Part shown: positions 17,248-20,335 of the stretch, one piece after another | Position numbering within the stretch: position 1 is the first letter of the stretch | Layout: each line of letters starts with the position of its first letter | Source: a virus | Lineage: Duplodnaviria; Heunggongvirae; Uroviricota; Caudoviricetes | Length of the DNA stretch: 20,335 bases | Virus record (IMG/VR): IMGVR_UViG_2660238548_000027 | Coordinates: 1-20,335 of that record | Direction: 5' to 3' (one strand) | The notes under the pieces: generated by a model | Told to the model about the DNA's origin: nothing | Databases searched by the model: none | The model's input: only the letters and a program-made list of their open reading frames with translations | Position numbers and translations under genes: made by a program

Positions 17248-17652
17248 ATGTCTGCTGGTCTAACAAGTGAATCATTAAATCAGTGGCTTAGTGTGAGTTC
17301 TCTTGCTGCGGTGATAGCGGGAGTTCCTCCAGAGGTCGCTTTGGGATCTTTGGCTGGTGCGGTAATTTTTGTTACCTCTGCAGTAGAATACCCAATCCGT
17401 CGTCGTGTTCTTCTGTCGATGCTCAGCTTTCTCTGCGGCCTTCTTTTCTACAAACCGGCAGCATCAATTCTTATCGGCATAGCTAGCCTGATTCCAACCA
17501 TCACGCAGGACTCATTCGAGAAAGGGATTGTATTTTCTGCAGGTGCGTTCGTGTCGGCAATTGTCGCTGTTCGTATTGGTATATGGCTCTATCACCGTTC
17601 CGATAATCCACGCGAGTTAATTCCGGGGAGAAAAGACGATGGTAACGCATGA
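17248..17652 (+). CDS. Holin (three predicted TM segments, charged C-terminus)
   Basis: ATG 17248 with GGTGG 6 nt upstream (track start 17239 is GTG); hydrophobic segments; C-terminal [19 protein letters not shown]; first gene of the lysis cassette. Confidence 0.65.
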   Translation: MSAGLTSESLNQWLSVSSLAAVIAGVPPEVALGSLAGAVIFVTSAVEYPIRRRVLLSMLSFLCGLLFYKPAASILIGIASLIPTITQDSFEKGIVFSAGAFVSAIVAVRIGIWLYHRSDNPRELIPGRKDDGNA

Positions 17653-17947
17653 CCTTTTTTTACTTATCACCAATGCAGTTATTTGTACTGGCATAGCAAT
17701 TCGCGTTGTCACTTTCCAGCGTAACGGATCTCAACACCGAAGATGGGGTGGGTGGATTGCTTATTTCCTGATTGTTGCTGCGGCCAGTATTCCTGTTCGT
17801 GTCGTTTATGCAATCTGGTTACGCACGCCAATGGCTGTGGATTTATCTGAGGTCATTATCAACGCTGTCATGCTTGCTGCGGTTATTAAAACGCGCGGTA
17901 ACGTTGTGCAGATTTTTAAAATAACGAGGTCTAAACATGGAGATTAA
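17639..17947 (+). CDS. Second holin-like small membrane protein (possible antiholin or lysis regulator), 102 aa
   Basis: Start overlaps holin stop (ATG 17639, TGA 17650-17652); 2-3 hydrophobic segments; stop overlaps the endolysin start. Confidence 0.5.
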   Translation: MVTHDLFLLITNAVICTGIAIRVVTFQRNGSQHRRWGGWIAYFLIVAAASIPVRVVYAIWLRTPMAVDLSEVIINAVMLAAVIKTRGNVVQIFKITRSKHGD

Positions 17948-18566
17948 ACAATTCCAGCGAGCTGCTGGTATTAGCGAGGCGTTGGCCGCACGCTGGTTCT
18001 CGCATATAACTTCTGCGATGAAAGAGTTTGGTATCAGCAAAACCGAAGATCAGGCAATGTTTATTGCTCAGGTCGGGCATGAGTCTGGTGGTTTCACCCG
18101 GTTGCAGGAGAATTTCAACTACAGTGTCAGCGGTCTAGCTAACTTCGTTCGGGCTGGGCGTCTCACTCAGGGGCAGGCTAATGCACTGGGTCGCCGTGCT
18201 GGTGAACCACCATTGCCACTTGAGCGCCAGCGCGCGATCGCAAATCTGGTATACAGCAAACGCATGGGTAACAATGCTCCCGGCGATGGCTGGAATTACC
18301 GTGGGCGCGGGCTTATCCAGATTACCGGTTTGAATAACTATCGTGACTGTGGAAACGGTCTGAAAGTTGACCTGCTGGAGAATCCTGAACTGCTGGCGCA
18401 GGACGAATACGCGGCTCGTAGCGCGGCGTGGTTCTTCTCCGGCAAAGGCTGCATGAAGTATACCGGCGATATTGCTCGTGTAACTCTGATTATCAATGGT
18501 GGCAGGAACGGCATAGACGACCGGCGAGCGCGATACATCACTGCCAGTAAGGTGCTGACGGTATGA
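17937..18566 (+). CDS. Endolysin, GH19 (chitinase-like) lysozyme family, 209 aa
   Basis: Motif [12 protein letters not shown]...ENFNYS typical of GH19-type phage endolysins; no N-terminal hydrophobic (SAR) segment; located between holin and spanin genes. Confidence 0.85.
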   Translation: MEIKQFQRAAGISEALAARWFSHITSAMKEFGISKTEDQAMFIAQVGHESGGFTRLQENFNYSVSGLANFVRAGRLTQGQANALGRRAGEPPLPLERQRAIANLVYSKRMGNNAPGDGWNYRGRGLIQITGLNNYRDCGNGLKVDLLENPELLAQDEYAARSAAWFFSGKGCMKYTGDIARVTLIINGGRNGIDDRRARYITASKVLTV

Positions 18567-19045
18567 TCCTGACATTCGTAAAATCATATTGGAAACAGCT
18601 GCTTATCGTGTTGATGCTTGCTGCTCTGTTCATCGTCGGAGTGGTTGCCTGGAATATACACGGCAGCCGCCAGTACGATGCCGGGTATGCGCAGGCGGAA
18701 GAAGACCGCAAAGCCGAAGAAGACAAAGTTCGTCAGTACTACGAACAGGAGAAAGTGACCAATGAACGTGAAGCGCAGCAGAGAATCGATCAGGCGCGCA
18801 GTGATGCTCTTGATGCTGCCGCTCGCGCTGGCAGGTTGCAGCGACAGCTCGTTGCCATCCGTGAGCAGCTCAGGCAATATAACGCCATTGTCGGCGCTGG
18901 GGCGTCAGCCGCAGATACCGGAGTTTTGCTTGCCGACGTGTTCAGCAAATCTCTCGAGAGAAATAGACAACTGGCAGAGTATGCTGACCGGGCAGCCGAA
19001 GCCGGAAGAGTCTGCGAAAAACAGTATGACACCCTGACCAGATAG
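18563..19045 (+). CDS. i-spanin (Rz-like), 160 aa
   Basis: N-terminal [20 protein letters not shown] followed by charged coiled-coil periplasmic region; start overlaps endolysin stop (ATGA). Confidence 0.75.
   Translation: MILTFVKSYWKQLLIVLMLAALFIVGVVAWNIHGSRQYDAGYAQAEEDRKAEEDKVRQYYEQEKVTNEREAQQRIDQARSDALDAAARAGRLQRQLVAIREQLRQYNAIVGAGASAADTGVLLADVFSKSLERNRQLAEYADRAAEAGRVCEKQYDTLTR
18804..19037 (+). CDS. o-spanin (Rz1-like) lipoprotein embedded in the +1 frame of the i-spanin gene
   Basis: Lipobox LALAGC, Pro/Ser-rich mature part, entirely nested within 18563-19045 (track ORF 18762..19037 trimmed to Met 18804). Confidence 0.6.
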   Translation: MLLMLPLALAGCSDSSLPSVSSSGNITPLSALGRQPQIPEFCLPTCSANLSREIDNWQSMLTGQPKPEESAKNSMTP

Positions 19046-19196
19046 CATGGTATTTTTCATGGTACTGATTTCCGGTGACGGTATATAAAACGGTACGGGA
19101 AAAATTGAGCTTTGGAAAAATGTTACCACTCAATTGGTTATGGTATCCGTAAATAATTGAGTGGGAATGATTTTAATCCCTGCACTATGAATGAAC

Positions 19197-19226
19197 AAAA
19201 CCCTCTGTTACTACAGAGGGTTTTTT
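19197..19226. terminator. Bidirectional intrinsic terminator
   Basis: AAAA-CCCTCTGT-TACT-ACAGAGGG-TTTTTT; lies between the convergent phage lysis cassette and the minus-strand gene. Confidence 0.7.
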
Positions 19227-19264
19227 ATCTTCAAGAATCATAGGCTTGAAGTTACTAACATCGA

Positions 19265-19804
19265 TTAATTAAACCAGCTGTCCGATTTGTTCTCTTCTGC
19301 TTTGCCCACGCTTTTCATCAGATCGCGACCGCCTTCAGTCATATTTCTGTTGGCGTCAGCTTCAGATTGCACCACATCGGTTTGCGCAGCTTTGTGCTTC
19401 AGTTCCTGATCGATAAATTCGTTTTCTCGCTTAACGCGGGCTTCTTCTTTTGCCAGCGCCAGTTTTTGTTTCTGAATCTCTAAGCTGCGTAGCTCATCTT
19501 CATAACTTTGATCGCGTTTTTTGTCCGCAGAGGCTTCGGCGTCCAGTTTATCCTGACGAGCTTTCTTATTTGCTGCTGCCGTTGCCGCTCTTTTGTTAGC
19601 GGCGGCCTGGGCATTTGCGCGACGTTGCTTCTCTTGCTGGATTTCCCTGTTGCGCTCCGCGACCCATTCGTCATGCTGCTTTTGCTCTTCATTTTTACCT
19701 TGCTGTTCCGCTTCTGCGACAGCCGAGAGTTGATCCTGCAATGATGAGGCGATAGCCGGATAGCTTAAGGAGGCCAAGATGGCGCAAAGAAAAACTTTCT
19801 TCAT
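19265..19804 (-). CDS. Secreted Ala/Lys/Glu-rich coiled-coil protein, 179 aa (host-like envelope protein)
   Basis: Signal peptide MKKVFLCAILASLSYPAIA then low-complexity helical sequence; SD AGGAGGAG upstream of ATG (19804). Confidence 0.7.
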   Translation of the reverse strand: MKKVFLCAILASLSYPAIASSLQDQLSAVAEAEQQGKNEEQKQHDEWVAERNREIQQEKQRRANAQAAANKRAATAAANKKARQDKLDAEASADKKRDQSYEDELRSLEIQKQKLALAKEEARVKRENEFIDQELKHKAAQTDVVQSEADANRNMTEGGRDLMKSVGKAEENKSDSWFN

Positions 19805-19819
19805 GACTCCTCCTGATTA

Positions 19820-20335
19820 TTAGCTCTTTTCAGGACATTTAGTATTTGGCTGAATACGCGTTTCGTTATACGTCGTGGTAATAACAACGGCTAAACCTGT
19901 CGTAAACTGGCACTTTTTACCCACCTGGGTGGAGGTATACACTTTGGTGCCTTCCTTATACGTTAAAGAAACACCTTCCACTAAGGTTTTATCATTCACC
20001 ATAGAACCCGCTGCCGCGCCTACAGCTCCGCCGCCAACTGCCCCTGCCGTCGTTCCGGAATTGCTGCCAGAACCGACGTTGTGGCCGATAACACCGCCAG
20101 CGACTGCGCCAATAAGCGCGCCGAAGGCTTGTGCGTTCCGTTTATTTTGGGAGTTGTCTACGGCAACTTTTGCGGGAAGAATGGAAATAATATTAACGGT
20201 TTTAGTTTCTTGTTTGGTATTCAGTTGATCGGTTTGATAAACATCGGCGGCATGATCGTCAGCATTTGACTGGCATCCTGCCAGAGTGAATGACGCTAAC
20301 ATTGCTACAGGCAGAAGACATTTTTTAAATTTCAT
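19820..20335 (-). CDS. Glycine-zipper outer-membrane lipoprotein, 171 aa
   Basis: Lipobox FTLAGC; Gly-zipper GALIGAVAGGVIGHNVGSG...GAVGGGAVGAAAG; start codon sits exactly at the window edge. Confidence 0.7.
   Translation of the reverse strand: MKFKKCLLPVAMLASFTLAGCQSNADDHAADVYQTDQLNTKQETKTVNIISILPAKVAVDNSQNKRNAQAFGALIGAVAGGVIGHNVGSGSNSGTTAGAVGGGAVGAAAGSMVNDKTLVEGVSLTYKEGTKVYTSTQVGKKCQFTTGLAVVITTTYNETRIQPNTKCPEKS

Larger units (their letters stand above)
1..19226 (+). mobile_element. Prophage right arm (partial; left boundary outside window): tail/ejection operon, antirepressor island, tailspike, O-antigen acetyltransferase, lysis cassette
   Basis: Gene content and order typical of a temperate podovirus; ATGA/TAATG start-stop overlaps between structural genes; lysis cassette with embedded Rz1; probable junction with host genes near 19050-19260. 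Confidence 0.75.

Noticed and set aside
17843-20269. Antisense or alternate-frame track ORFs across the lysis cassette and host genes (17843..18040, 18135..18587, 18338..18541, 18538..18726, 18584..18877, 18790..19032, 18905..19129, 18942..19133, 19480..19692, 19508..19744, 19875..20228, 20081..20269)
   Set aside because: Each overlaps a better-supported gene on the other strand or frame and lacks translation signals. The only nested ORF retained is the +1-frame o-spanin, which has a lipobox.
1-20335. CRISPR array, rRNA or tRNA genes
   Set aside because: No regularly spaced direct repeats and no rRNA- or tRNA-like structures were seen by reading the sequence.

Overview
Working from the sequence alone (no database searches were run), this window reads as the right-hand portion of a temperate podovirus-type prophage, ending at a junction with two host-like envelope genes. 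Left to right: (1) a translationally coupled virion tail/ejection operon (1-9310), including a 902-aa internal virion protein with a clear lytic transglycosylase motif; (2) an immunity-like accessory island (about 9320-13620) with two convergent antirepressor genes that have different N-terminal domains (AntA-type and Bro-N-type) but a near-identical C-terminal domain, each preceded by a diverged copy of a structured RNA leader, plus a third, small LexA-box-controlled paralogue of that C-terminal domain, and a low-GC two-gene cargo cassette between the antirepressors; (3) a tail fibre/tailspike gene, an AT-rich acyltransferase-3 family gene (probable O-antigen acetylase) and a lysis cassette (holin, second holin-like protein, GH19-type endolysin, Rz with embedded Rz1); (4) a bidirectional terminator and two minus-strand envelope genes. 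The most novel-looking signal is the duplicated RNA leader: three short sites co-vary between the two copies (TTGGTCT/AGACCAA in copy 1, TTGGCGT/ACGCCAA in copy 2), which suggests a riboregulatory switch with two specificities controlling the two antirepressors. The 210-aa cargo protein is the best candidate for an undescribed function. Family names are from motif recognition and gene order, not computed homology.
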